A DNA stretch of 62,993 nucleotides, the filler included, from Vannella sp. (lineage: Eukaryota): assembly GCA_023345925.1 (NCBI GenBank). It is 7 parts of 7 records of this genome, joined end to end, with 100 filler letters (N's around TTAATTAATTAA, not from the genome) between each part and the next. Parts side by side here need not be neighbours in the genome. Positions count along the whole stretch, not along the records: positions 12,129 to 17,271 come from JAJQQN010000994.1; positions 17,372 to 24,308 come from JAJQQN010000008.1; positions 24,409 to 44,058 come from JAJQQN010001053.1; 4 more parts are not named here. The stretch is one strand, 5' to 3'. Below the pieces are notes generated by a model that was not told where the DNA came from, ran no database searches, and saw only the letters and a program-made list of their open reading frames with translations. The translations under genes were made by a program, and so were the position numbers. This document shows, one piece after another, positions 12,682 through 24,731 of this stretch (position 1 is its first letter; each line of letters starts with the position of its first letter).

Positions 12682-12836
12682 TTGGATGTTTGACGACCGA
12701 AACAAGGGGAAACGCCCTCTTGTTTCGGCCTCGTCGTCATGGCCCACTTACTCCCTAAACCCCCATCCCCTTTAAAGATGAGGATACGAATCCTGAATGA
12801 CTTTATGCATGAAGAAGCGCAAGTAAACAAGTGTGA

Positions 12837-15800
12837 TTAGCAGAGGGAAGTCCCCAGAGTGGCCAGGTCGAGGTATTGGAAGATCTCTTCAGGGGTTGAG
12901 TGGATGAGATTGGCAAACTCCTTCTGGAACCCAGCACCAAGCGAATTGTAACGGAGCAGGAGGTCCATGTCAAGGAGGACGTTGTTGTGAGGGCGGAGCT
13001 GCTTCTCCCGCGGCTTGTACTTGCGGTACGCTTTAGGATTCAGTCCAGCGGGGTGAGGGATACCGTAGAGCATCTTCGACTGCAAAATGAGCAAGCAGTT
13101 GTAAGCCTCTTCATCAATCAAGCTTATCAGACCCAACGCTCCTGATGTGGTGGCATAAATGTTACCAAAGCGAATGCCATCCCCATGAGGATAGATTCGG
13201 GCCTTGTGCGCTTTAAGCACAGTATCCCCCAAGTGATATTCGCAGGCTGGGATGAGCATCTTTCCACTGCCCTTGGAGTGTTGACTGTCAGGGGCAAAGG
13301 CCATCACTTGGGCGTTTCGATTGTGGTCAGTGATGAACACACCAAGCTTCTCATTATCCACAAGGAACTCCGCTTCTGTCAGTTGCAGTCGACCATAATC
13401 CTTTCCCAAGAGAGTCAATTGCTTAACATGACGCTTCCAGATGAGGAGATAGACACTATGGAACATGTCCGCTACCACAATGTAGTTCTTAATCGTCTTA
13501 ATACTGGCAACGAAGATTTGGGTGTCAAAGAAAGCCTTTCCGACGAGCTCTTTCTCGTCTTCGTAGTTGTAAATCAAAATTTTGTGGCCAATAGCGACTA
13601 CCAGATGGCCCATGAGGGAGTTGACAGCTGAAACCGGCCCCTTTTCGGGACAATCAATCAAGTGCTTGATGCGGAGGGTGACAGTGTTGTCGTCCTCTCG
13701 GTTCCTGATAATGTCAAACACGAACACCCGGCCTTTGCTGGCAACGTCTTCTCCTTCCACGTAGGCTGTTCCCACAGAAATCATTGTCCGCATCTCACTG
13801 TGAGTACCAGAGCCCTTGTAGAGAAGCTCAACAGTTGTGAGTGCAGCGACACTCTCAAATTTCTCAAAGGGATAAGAATTCAAGATCTTGACGCCCCCTG
13901 TCAGAGACACCAGAAGAATTTCGTGCTGCTCGATGAAGTAGGGAAGCCCTTTGCGGTCCCCTCCATCGTTCGCTCTCTGCGAATAGGTGACAGCGACAAT
14001 ATAAGCGTTAGTGAGCTTATGGTAGCAAATCTTCCGTGGAGCGTATGTTTTCCCATTCAATCGGAGAGGAGACTTTCGGAGGGACCACTCGTTCTCATAG
14101 TTAATGGAAGAGCTGATGCGGCTGATATTAATCGAGTTTTTGACGGTGTAGATGAACCCCTCAGGGCAGAACTCCGTGTTGTTAAAGTCGGCATAGCAGT
14201 CCACTAATCTCTCGCTTGTCATTGGGAAGAGGCGAAGGTAACCGCGGTCAGCGAGAATCCAATGTGGATGGAGCCCAGCAATGAAGATTCCTCGGCGCTT
14301 ACCGTGACAGAAAGAGAACAAGCGCTTCTGAGAGCGTGGAGTGGTGGCTATCTCGGACTCCTTTTGACTCATGGCACTGGTGACCACTTGATGGATGGGT
14401 CGGGTGATCAACTGATGTTGGAAGCGGTAGAAGCGCAGTTGGTTCTTGAAGTGGAAGCTCCCATAGATGTAGAGATCACTGTCATTAGTGAAGGCAAAGA
14501 GATAGGGCATTGGGTTGGTCCCAACAAGCTGAATCTTGATCTCTGTGATCGTCCGGACTTTCGTAGAGGTTGGGATGTTCGTGGATGTCTTCATCTGGCT
14601 TGTACTACTTCTCATGAGATCCAGGTTCTCGTTTTGCTCATCAATAAGAAGAGGGGTGCCACGAGAGAAGCGAGAGGAGGTAAAGTAGAGCTCGTGGGAC
14701 AAAACATTGCCCTCTCTCTTGATGGTATACACTTCTAGAGCACCGGATTCTCTTGTCAGGACACAATAGTACTTTAAAGAGTTTTGCGCGATTGGTTGAG
14801 TAGGGCCAGTACCAGTGGCTGCTGGTTTATCTTGAGAGGCAGGCTTCGCTGATTTACTCTCTCCATAGAAGTCTTCCATGTCCAGGTCAGAGTCTGATCC
14901 CGCTTCAGCAACCACTGACGTTGTAGCTGTAGTAGCAGCAGCTTGGGGTGCCGTATTGCCATAAAGCAGGGCAAAATCGTCATCATCAGAGTCAGACTCT
15001 TCCTTCTTCACCTCCATCTTTACAGTGACAGGCTCTGCCGTTTGAGTTTCAGACAGAGTTTCAGAAAGCTTGTCTGGGCAAAGAACACCCAATGGCGAGG
15101 TATCTTGATACAAGTTGAAGGACACAATAAAGTCCAAGGTGCTACTGGACTCTTCTTTCGATCCGGTGAAGCGCATAGTTTGGCGAGCCAACTTCCCATC
15201 CTCTGCATTGACCATCAGGAACACTAGAGGAGCATCTGGGCCAAAAGAAAGGGCAATGTAAGGGTCGCAGATGACACTGTCTACAATAGGGTGCTCAAAG
15301 TTCATCTTATCGTGAATAACTGTCGCATACCGGAGAACGCGCACTGTCCTCTTCCCAATTTGAACGAGGTACTGGTTGCCAAGAAGATTGCCCGCGTTGT
15401 AGGTTGGCCGATCAACAAAGAAGGCCAGATTTTCATCTCCAGTAATCTCTTCGAGCTCTTGGTAGGCAGTGAGGACCATAGAAGACGTCTCTGTACTCAC
15501 AACAATAAGGCAATGGTCTTGCAACTCATTCTGCTCTGCATTCGCTGCATCTCTGCCACGCTTTCCCGTGACAGAGTCCGTCCCCTCTTTCTCGTACAAA
15601 GTCCAAATGTTTTGGCAATTTCCAACTGGAAGCTGGAAGGAGGTTGTGATGGATGGGCGAATACCCCGTTGTAGTACAGAAAGAGCCCCGTTCTTACCAT
15701 ACCCAGAGCAGGCAACAATCTCTTCTGGAGCAAACGGAAGCTTCTTCTCTGTGTTAGAGAAAAGCTCACGAGGTCTGTCTGAGCTGGAGCCAAAGCAAAA

Positions 15801-17271
15801 ATCACCAATAGGACCAATGTTCGCCAAGGTATCGACAAGGCTGTAAGCGTATTCTGTCTCCTGAACTGATGCTCGGGTGCTACTGTAGAAGTCGCCCACG
15901 TCTTTGTCCAAGTCAAACTCAGAATCCTTCACTGAGACCGCCCCGCCTTCGGTTTTGATGCGCTTTGAGTCAGGTTGATCCTCTTCTGAGGGTTTGACAG
16001 CAACCTCTTTGTACTCTACCAGCAGAGAGTCACCTACTCGTGACCCCAGGAAGAAGTACTTGTTCCCCACTGGGCAGATGCACGAGGAGATGACACTGGC
16101 GCTTCCATGGGAGGCTACAATGCGTCTCACAGCGCCTGCTTCTGCAATCATGTGGAAGATACAGAGTTCTCCACCCTTCAGAGAGGCCATGAACTTCGTA
16201 GGCGACAAGAATGCAAAGCGGGCAGCGTCTAGAGTGATTGGGACGTCGAGACGGCCAGTAATGAAGGAGGAGGAGCGAATATCTGGCACAAAGTTGTTCA
16301 AAGCCAGCTGGTACTTGATGTTTTGGTTACAAACGATCACTGTGTTGACACAGAGCACTATGGCGCCACCAATAGGCTTTGGAATAGGCAGCAGCTGCAG
16401 GCAATCGTGTGGAAGGTTGTCAACGGTCCAAATAACCGGCTGTTCCTGTTGGTCAAGGCCCAGCGAGATAGCAGTGATAACACACGTATTGCTCTTCTTA
16501 GGTAAGCGTCTAAGTACATCAGGTCAGGCACAGAGAGAGGAAGGGGAGCGAGGGATCTTACCCGGCCCAAGTCTGCTCTGGTTCGTGCAAGACCAGGAGG
16601 GTTGGCTGGTAGTAGCCCTGCAAGAATACAAAGTCCTTCACATGGTCGATTGATGGCTTGATGTCACTGAACAGGTCGATCACGTAGGAGCTGCCAATAC
16701 GAGAGTCGTCAGGGCGGGAGTGCAACTGGTCATTGGAGTGATTGCGGTTGATGGGAATCACTGCCAAGTAGCGATCAAAGCAAAGCATAGCGGCACAGCG
16801 GTTCTCTGGGTCTACGTGGGTGATAGGCATGCAGGAGTACGTGTTCATTCCCGACTGAGGACAAGTTAGTCTGGTTTGGGTGAGTGAGAGCCGCTCCTAC
16901 CTCCAGCTTGGGTTTCAACTCTTCATAGTAGTGCATGGAAACAATCTCTAGAGTATGGGAGGAGAGATCCCACTCCAGAATGGTCATCTAGAGGGAGAAG
17001 CGTGAGTTTGTCATTTCGCCTTCTCGTTCAACGATGGAGCACACACCTTAGCGTCTAAGAAAGTAACCAGAAGACAGTCTCTCCCATGGACAAACTTAGC
17101 GATCGCCAGGGACCCAATCGTGCCGTAGAGAGTCTGTTGGGACACCAAGCGAAGGGGCCGCGGTCCCTCATCCTCCAGCACGTACACTTCCAACAGGTTA
17201 TGCTTCGCCAAGATCACATTCCTATCCGTCCCTCCTGTGAAGTTGGCGTACACGCAAAAGTCCACTCCAGA
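12837..17271 (-). CDS. CPSF1: Cleavage and polyadenylation specificity factor subunit 1 (CPSF160), multi-exon, extreme 5' end missing
   Basis: Motifs YFFLGSRVGDSLL, NIGPIGDF, ACSGYGKNGALSVLQRGIRP, GEDVASKGR, PHPAGLNPKAYR and FLQGYYQPTLLVLHEPEQTWAG. Several short introns in the 5' part. Confidence 0.93.
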
Positions 17272-17371
17272 NNNNNNNNNNNNNNNNNNNNNNNNNNNNN
17301 NNNNNNNNNNNNNNNTTAATTAATTAANNNNNNNNNNNNNNNNNNNNNNNNNNNNNNNNNNNNNNNNNNNN
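17272..17371. other. Artificial contig linker
   Basis: 44N-TTAATTAATTAA-44N. Confidence 0.99.
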
Positions 17372-18257
17372 CTTGAAACTCGGGGAGAGCGCGGCGGGGA
17401 TGCGTCATGTGGGATTTGAAAAAAATGTACCGGTCCGTCACCATCATAGAAGACACAAATTAATTTCTCTGCGGTTCTATGATTTGAATACAGAGCGACC
17501 AGGCTTGAGGGAAGTAGTTTCCTCTTTTGGGCAAAAGGGTGAAATGCTCGGATAGTGTGTTATGGTAGACACCGCTTTTGCGTGTCACCTTGGTTTTTGA
17601 AAGATATCTCAAAGTCAAGTCTGGACTGAAAGTACTGACCAGGAAGAGGGAAGAACCGTTCGGATTGGGTTCGTTGGCGATGTGATCTTTCTCCCTGGGT
17701 GTTCCATCCCTCGACCTGAGAATAAGGGCAGGGGTGAAACGAAAAGGAAGTCGGTTGCTAAGGAGAACAGGGGAACGGCTCCATCTGGAGACACATCAAG
17801 TGGCGAACGACATCGGATGCTAAACTCGAGGCTACCTTCCTCTCACTTTAAAGCAAGCTATTGAGGGATTCCTTCCATACTAAATAGATGTGGCAGTCCC
17901 CGAACCTCGTCAGCGGATCCAGATCGCATGTCCATTTGATGTGCTGTCCAGTTTTCCCTCCTTTCAGAAAGCTGCTCAACTGGCATACGATGAGGAATCA
18001 CAGCAGCCTCCAGCGGATCTCTTTCATCGCCTGAATTGCGGGCCAAACGAAGAGGCTGGAGAGTTGTCTTGCCACAGGTTGTGGAAGTAATGCTGATAAT
18101 GAGCTCATTATCATTATCAGGAGCTTTCCCATTCTATTATCCAGTCACCCAATCTATTGAATCAGCAACGAAATTTTAGAATTGAGAGCAATAAAGGGAA
18201 AGGAATTGAAGGGTAGTTACTTCATCGACAACCGGTTGTTCGCGCCACCCAGCAGCA

Positions 18258-18638
18258 ATGGGTTGCTGTTGTAGTGTGGAGCCTGGCGATAAGTGGATCG
18301 GCAAGTGGGAGGGTGATGGTGTCCAGATGCAAATAGACGAGGACGGGAAGTTCTATTACAACGGACCGGAAGGGAATACGGAAGGATTCGTGATGGCGTA
18401 CGAGCAACTCGATCGGAACACAAACTACTTCCGTGTGGGTGGCTGCTGCTGTGGTTGTTGGATCAACCAGATGTTTCTTGTACAAAAGGAGCCTGTCGAG
18501 GAATCAGGCAACTGGGAGCAGAAGACTGCCTCCAAGCAGTTCATTGCGCAAACCAAGTGGCGCTGTATCGTTAATAAGCATTCAATGACTCGAGTACCAG
18601 ACTCAAAGCCCAAACCCAAGCGTGGAGACGACGTGTAG
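18258..18638 (+). CDS. Small protein (126 aa) with putative N-myristoylation/palmitoylation, unknown family
   Basis: Starts MGCCCS and has a second Cys cluster GGCCCGCW. Clean ORF, convergent with BCAT. Confidence 0.65.
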   Translation: MGCCCSVEPGDKWIGKWEGDGVQMQIDEDGKFYYNGPEGNTEGFVMAYEQLDRNTNYFRVGGCCCGCWINQMFLVQKEPVEESGNWEQKTASKQFIAQTKWRCIVNKHSMTRVPDSKPKPKRGDDV

Positions 18639-18693
18639 GGCGCTTTGTATAAATTTATTCTTCTACGGAGACTCTGCGCCTCGCTGCCAGGGT

Positions 18694-20161
18694 TTAGTTG
18701 ACTAACACGGACCAAGGATGTTCCAACTCGCCATACTGAAGACATGGTATCAGCTAATGATACTCAGAAACGCTTCAGGTCACGCTTACCTGGATAGCTT
18801 GGATTGTGTCGCTGCATCTCTGAGCAAGAGGACCTGCTGCAGCGCTTGGGTTTGCCTTGTCTAAGGGAATGGCGTAGTCCTGTGAGGCAAACGGGTGAGC
18901 GCAGAGTGTAAGTGTTCGACATGACATACTGTTCCCTTGTACTGGACTCCTTCAACGGGTGAGATTACACAAGCAGTTCCAGCTCCGAAGCATTCCTTGA
19001 CGCGACCTTCCTTGAGACCCTTGAGGAGGTCCTCGATTCCAATGTAGCCCTCCTTCACGCTGATGCCCCACTCCTTTGCAAGTTCGATAACACAAGAGCG
19101 AGTCACTCCGGGAAGGATTGTTCCATCAAGAGGAGCTGTGATGAGCTCCTCTTCGCCATTGGCGTTGGTCCAATAGACGAACAAGTTCATCGTCCCCACC
19201 TCCGTTAAGTTTTTGTTCTCTCCAAACAGCCAGAGGACCTGAGCATAGCCCTTCTTCGCAGCTTCCCTTTGAGGAACGATGCCTGGAGCATAGTTTCTGT
19301 CGACTATGGTGAGTAGAAGAGCCCAAGAGGAGAGAAATGAAAGGACGTACCCTCCAACCTTGTACTGGCCCACTCCACCAGTCCAGGCACGAACGTTGAC
19401 ATCGTCTGCAAAGAGCTTGACAGGCTTGAAGCCTGACTTGTAGTAGGGGCCCACAGGGCAGGAGATCACGTACCACTTGGCCTGGAGCGAAGCTTGGACG
19501 CCAAGAGCACCTTGATTCCCGATCATAGTAGGGCGCAAGTACAAGGAGCACCCTCGCTTTGTAGGAATCCAGTCGGCTTCAATGTGGAGGAATTGCTTCA
19601 ACAGTTGTACTCCCACTTCCGGGTCGAATGTCTGCGCAAGTTGAATGAGAGGGGCGAAGTACTGCCAAGGAATCCTCTCACAGGCATAGCAAGTCGCTCT
19701 GCGGAGGTGTTCATACGCTTCATGTTCTCAAGGGGGCGGAAGAGGCGGATCTGCTCTTTGGAGTCCTTGTACGCCTTCATTCCTTCAAAGCACTTCATTA
19801 CATTAGAATCAGAAGAGCTGTCCTGGAGAGGAGGAAAGACTATTGTACCTGAATACCGTAGTGGAGGCAGAGGGCTGAAGGGGACATCTGGAAGTCTCCA
19901 TAAGGCTTGATCTGAGGAGCACTCCATCCCGTCGAAGAAAACCAATCTGCTTCGAGCATGTGGTCCGACATGCTTTGTCCAAAGACCAACTCATCATACG
20001 GGGTCTTTTGTTTGGGGGCCGTGGTCTTGGTGATCGTCAACCCTTTTAACTAACAGGAGGTCAGTGCTGCACCCTATGCACGATCCACTCACTGCTAGTG
20101 GAGCTTGGGTAGCGAAGGATCGGATTGTTGATGATCCGACATAGAGGCTCTGGCGCAACAT
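18694..20161 (-). CDS. BCAT: Branched-chain amino acid aminotransferase, probably mitochondrial, multi-exon
   Basis: Motifs [53 protein letters not shown] and FGAGTAC. N-terminal [18 protein letters not shown] resembles a transit peptide. Confidence 0.93.
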
Positions 20162-20243
20162 GCGAGAGGACCGGAAAATGAAAGCTTGGGTGGCATATTC
20201 GGGTAGGCTATTTATTCAGACGTAACTGTTCATAGAGGTACAA

Positions 20244-20669
20244 TTAGCGGGAGATGGTCTGGACCTTCTCCAAGATGTAGCTGTACTCGATCTCGCTGGC
20301 ATCAGTGGCCTGGACCTCGGTGGAGATACCGACGAGCTGCTTCTTGATGGCATCCTTGGAGGAAGCGGTCAACATCTTGTCCTTGATCTTTGCGGCATCG
20401 GGAGCCCAGACGATGAAGACGATCTTCTGGCGGAGACCATCAGCGTCAGACTTCTGGTACTCGAGGTCGAAGATGGCGTATCTGCACTCGTTGGCGGGGA
20501 TGTCGGCAACGAAATCATCGTAAGTCTTGGAGGGATCAGCGGTCTTCTCAATCTCGATGATGGTGTTATCAGCGTTTCGCTTGAAGATAACGTATCGGAA
20601 CTTGTGAGAGAGCTTGATTTCCTGGAAGCAGGAGACGACCTCTTGAGATACCTCGATACCGGATGCCAT
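20244..20669 (-). CDS. Cofilin/ADF (actophorin-like), intronless
   Basis: MASGIEVSQEVV...ECRYAIFD...KIVFIVWAPDAAKIKDKMLTASSKDAIKKQLVGI...QATD. Confidence 0.95.
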   Translation of the reverse strand: MASGIEVSQEVVSCFQEIKLSHKFRYVIFKRNADNTIIEIEKTADPSKTYDDFVADIPANECRYAIFDLEYQKSDADGLRQKIVFIVWAPDAAKIKDKMLTASSKDAIKKQLVGISTEVQATDASEIEYSYILEKVQTISR

Positions 20670-20841
20670 TACGAGAGAGTGATGCTTTTTGAGGGTCTCT
20701 GCTTTAAGTACTGCGACCTGAGCCAAGCCACCAATCACAAGCGACAAGTTGATTGAGATACCTTCCTCCTTGTCCAATCCGAAGGAGTAAAAAAGATATT
20801 ATTCAAGGATTAATCGTGAGATCGACCGAAAACTATTTTCT

Positions 20842-23428
20842 TCAGTCAATTAATTTGGCTTTTTTCACTTGGTGAGTTAATTTGCCAATTGTGACTAATT
20901 CCTTCAGAACGGCTTGGTCTTGGGTGTGTCGGCGGACAACATTGTCGAATTGGGTGTAATGGGTGAGCAGATGGGACAACACTTGCTGAAGGACCTCAGC
21001 ACCAGTGAGGAGGTTGGATATCCAGCCGCGGATGCTCTTCACGATCTTGTCGATGCTGGCTTGGAATGAGTCGGCAAAGTTCATCGCCACCTCCATCGCT
21101 TGACCTGGTCACAGAGGTTAGTGTGACCTTGATAGAGTAGTCCAAGTTGTACAACCTTGGTTCCATTGGAACGTCCCCGTCTCTGATTCCTGGTTGGTGG
21201 TCTTGGTGTACTTCATGAGTTTTTCAAAATGAAGGAGAAGCTCAACCTCTACCAGGGTGTCTACTTGTTGGTCAAGAGAGGCCTTCCACTTTTGCACATC
21301 TTCTACATCCAAGTTCTTGTTCTGTTGTCGTGTCAGCGGGTCCCACGACGCGCTTCTCACTTACTCGAAGGACGGAGATGATTTGGTCCATGTTGTTGAT
21401 CAAGAAGATGACTTGCTTCTGCTTGCAGCGAAGTGGGGGAGTCTTAGGAAGGGCCTGTAATGGAGCTGCTAACCGCAACATGAGCTTCTGCATTTGAGTG
21501 CGAAGAGCCGCCAATCGAGTGGCAATCGTTTGGTTTCCCTCCGGGTTCAGAATGTGGATAGCAGTGACGAACTCAGCATAGCGCCTGGTAACCTGTGTCT
21601 CATTAGCAATCACACGGTGAAGAGGTCTGCACTCACATAGTGTGGCCCAAGTCCGCCAATTTTTGTGGGATCAGGAGCTCCTAGTACTCTCGGGTCCGCG
21701 TTTCGGATGCTTTCAAGATGAAGTCCAAACACAAGGAAGAAGCGAGGGCGCAGGATTTCGATGAGGTTCTCGAAGAAGGTGGTCAGTTTGGGTATCTCAT
21801 TCGCTTGTGAGGCCACCGAGTAGTGCTTAGCAATGCGTATCATGATCAAGATACCAATCGCATCAAAACTTGATGCTGTATAGTTTGCCACGTTCTCCTG
21901 AGGATGAGATGGTCAAAAGGAGGGCGAAATGTGGGATATACTGTGAGCAGAGAGACTTACTGTGAATAGTTGAGACGCTTTGCTGAAAATAGGAGTGTAG
22001 AGATCCACGTTCTGATTGAAGAACTCATTGTCGAAGTGGCTCTCAGATAGAACGGCGCCCTTGAAGTAATAAGTCATATTGCGGAAGATGACTTCGTACG
22101 GGAAGGTTTGGCGCTTCCCCTGAGCTTCGTGGAGTATAACACAGTCATCCTCAAGGTGTTGGAGGATGCCATCTCTCGGAGGAGCTCCCAATGAGAAGAC
22201 ATTACTTCGCCCCACAGCAAAGCGAGAGCTGAAGAACCCTTCATCTCGGTCAGTTCCCATCTTATGCACCCAAACAGCTCTCTTACCTTTCCCTTGGTTC
22301 TCTTCTACGCCAAGAAGGTCGTTTTTGCTTCCTATTTCGGAGTGGAAGCGCATTAGGCCGTTGATGTAGTCCCTGAAGAGTCCAAAATAGATCTTTTGGA
22401 TGGTATCCACGTAGGCAAAGCGGATCTCTTTCGCGTACTCTCTTCCATAGCGAAGTAGGAACTCATTGAACCTCTTGAGAGCAGTCAGGTGAGCCTGCTG
22501 TTGAAGCTGAACGTTCGTATTCGGTTTGCGGAACTCGTTGAGGATAGTGTGGAGCATGTACTCCCGCACTCGAGTTACTGCTTTGATGCGAAGCTTCTCT
22601 AGTTCAGGTTCGATGTCTGACAAGGCCATAATCTGCTTCCCTTGCGTTTGAGAGTAAAGTATCTTCTCGTTGAGGGCCATTAGGTACTCCAAATACGCCT
22701 CATTCACCTGTTCCTGGCAGATGTGCCTATTGAAAAGGTGAGTTGAAGGTGTTCATGACCTGAGGTGGAGAGGAGCAGCCTCACTTGACGAGTTTCTTGG
22801 GGATTGTGATGTTTTGGATGAATTGGTGGAGCTCTTCCGCTACTACCTGTATAGATGATCAGTGGGATGATGTGCCGAGACTACCTTACCTTCCTGTTCT
22901 GGAGTTTGACGCTCATCGTGGAGGATTGGTCCTGGAGGGAGCGGATCTCATCTGAGATGTTGCTCAGGTCGGACTGGAACTGGTAGAGGATGGATTCCAT
23001 GCTTTCAAGGATGTTGTCGCAACTCTGTTTGATTGTAAGGACGGTGGGATTCAGGGGGAAGGTATCTCTCTTAGCGGACCTTGATTTCTCGATGAAGTTC
23101 CACTAGATTGTGCTGCTGGCTCACGTAGTCTTCCACAGACTTCTTCTCTGCAGCATCAAGCATGCGTTCGACATTCTGGGAGTACTCTCTCACGTCCATC
23201 CCCTGAGCGCTTCTTGTCAGGGCCCAAAGTCGCCTCAATCGCGCCCCACTCACTGATTCCAAGATCTCCTGCACTCGAGGATCTTCCTTGAACTTCTCCA
23301 TGAGACCTGAACCCACTGAGCTTCCCATGCTGAGCCCTTCCACCCTTCTTACCATCGATCTCGTCAAAGTCGATTGCTTCTGCGACGTTGGTGATGTCTA
23401 AGTCATCAAAGTTCATCTTCTCCCTCAT
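20842..23428 (-). CDS. VPS52: GARP/EARP complex subunit Vps52, multi-exon
   Basis: Motifs DVREYSQNVE...SVEDY, FQSDLSNISDEIRSLQ, PELEKLRIKAVTRVRE, FDAIGILIMIR, GPHY|VTRRYAEF and FLINNMDQII. Confidence 0.9.
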
Positions 23429-24308
23429 GAGTAGCTATCCATTGACGCTCAGAAGCCCCTACGCTATCCAAGAGATCCGCAGGCTCCCGAGGATTGCCTG
23501 GGGAGGCGAACAAGCGTTGCACGTCGCCCATGGACGGCGCAGAATGACTCAGAAAGAAGTTTAGATGTGGTCGCTCTTGCTTGTGGTGGCAAGAGCTGTT
23601 CAAAGGTCATTGGAGCGTGGATTATTGGTAAGAAACGACCACTTCGCTCCACGCCTCAGATTGGTGGGTGACGATTATCAAGATCCCACAAGACAGTGTC
23701 TATATCTAAGTGAAACTCACTCCACCAAGGGACACTCTCCACCAAGATAGAGGCCGAAGTAGAGGATGAGAATCCGATTGATATCTTCGTGGTCGTGAGA
23801 AAGAAGCTGGCATCTCACACGGTGACCATACCCTCACAATCACAGTACGGGACACGGACAGCACCGAATAGAAGTACCCTTGGGCCATTCAGAGTGCTGG
23901 ACACAATTGGCCTTCCCGTAATGCGAAAGCTCGCAGTCTTGCACCCATAAAGTTCAAGAGAGATTCATTTTCCAATTCGTTTCCTCCAGCCCCCACGAGA
24001 GCTCGCCTTGGATAGTGGCCAACCTCAAGTTCATTCCAGCCAGGTGCAGACTTTTGAATCCAAACAAACGTTTACATACCTAATTGTTACCTACATGGAA
24101 TGAATCGGATGATCTGCATCTCCCAAAAAGGAGAAATGGCTTTTCTTTCCAGTTCTCGCCGCGTGACTTTTCTTCCAAGTACCCGCTTTTGCGCCTATTC
24201 CATCTCAAAATGTGTGATTTTGAATTCGTGTTCAACCATAAAGGTTTCAAGTAAGGCAATAGCGGACCGTGTCGCAGAATTCTCTCCGCCAAAGCACTCC
24301 CTCCTGGC

Positions 24309-24408
24309 NNNNNNNNNNNNNNNNNNNNNNNNNNNNNNNNNNNNNNNNNNNNTTAATTAATTAANNNNNNNNNNNNNNNNNNNNNNNNNNNNNNNNNNNN
24401 NNNNNNNN
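24309..24408. other. Artificial contig linker
   Basis: 44N-TTAATTAATTAA-44N. Confidence 0.99.
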
Positions 24409-24731
24409 ATTGAAACTATAACCATCGAATTCTGCGCGATTTCAGAGTAGGGTGGGCGCATAGCCAACATTGGGTGTGCGCATAGCCAGTCCCTATAAAT
24501 ATTGTGCAATAATTGCGCATGTTCCCCCCTACGAAAGGCCCCCTAGTAGTAGGGCCTATACTACTATACTAATAGTTGACCTGGTCTCCTCTTGCGCTAT
24601 TAGGAGTGCTTGTTACCTACCACCTTTTATGGCACACGATTTTCCAGCAATGGACTTCTTTAGAATTGTAAACGGCTGGTGTGGTTCAATTCATTCCCAC
24701 ACTAAACCAGTTATTATCATTTGGAGGGGAA

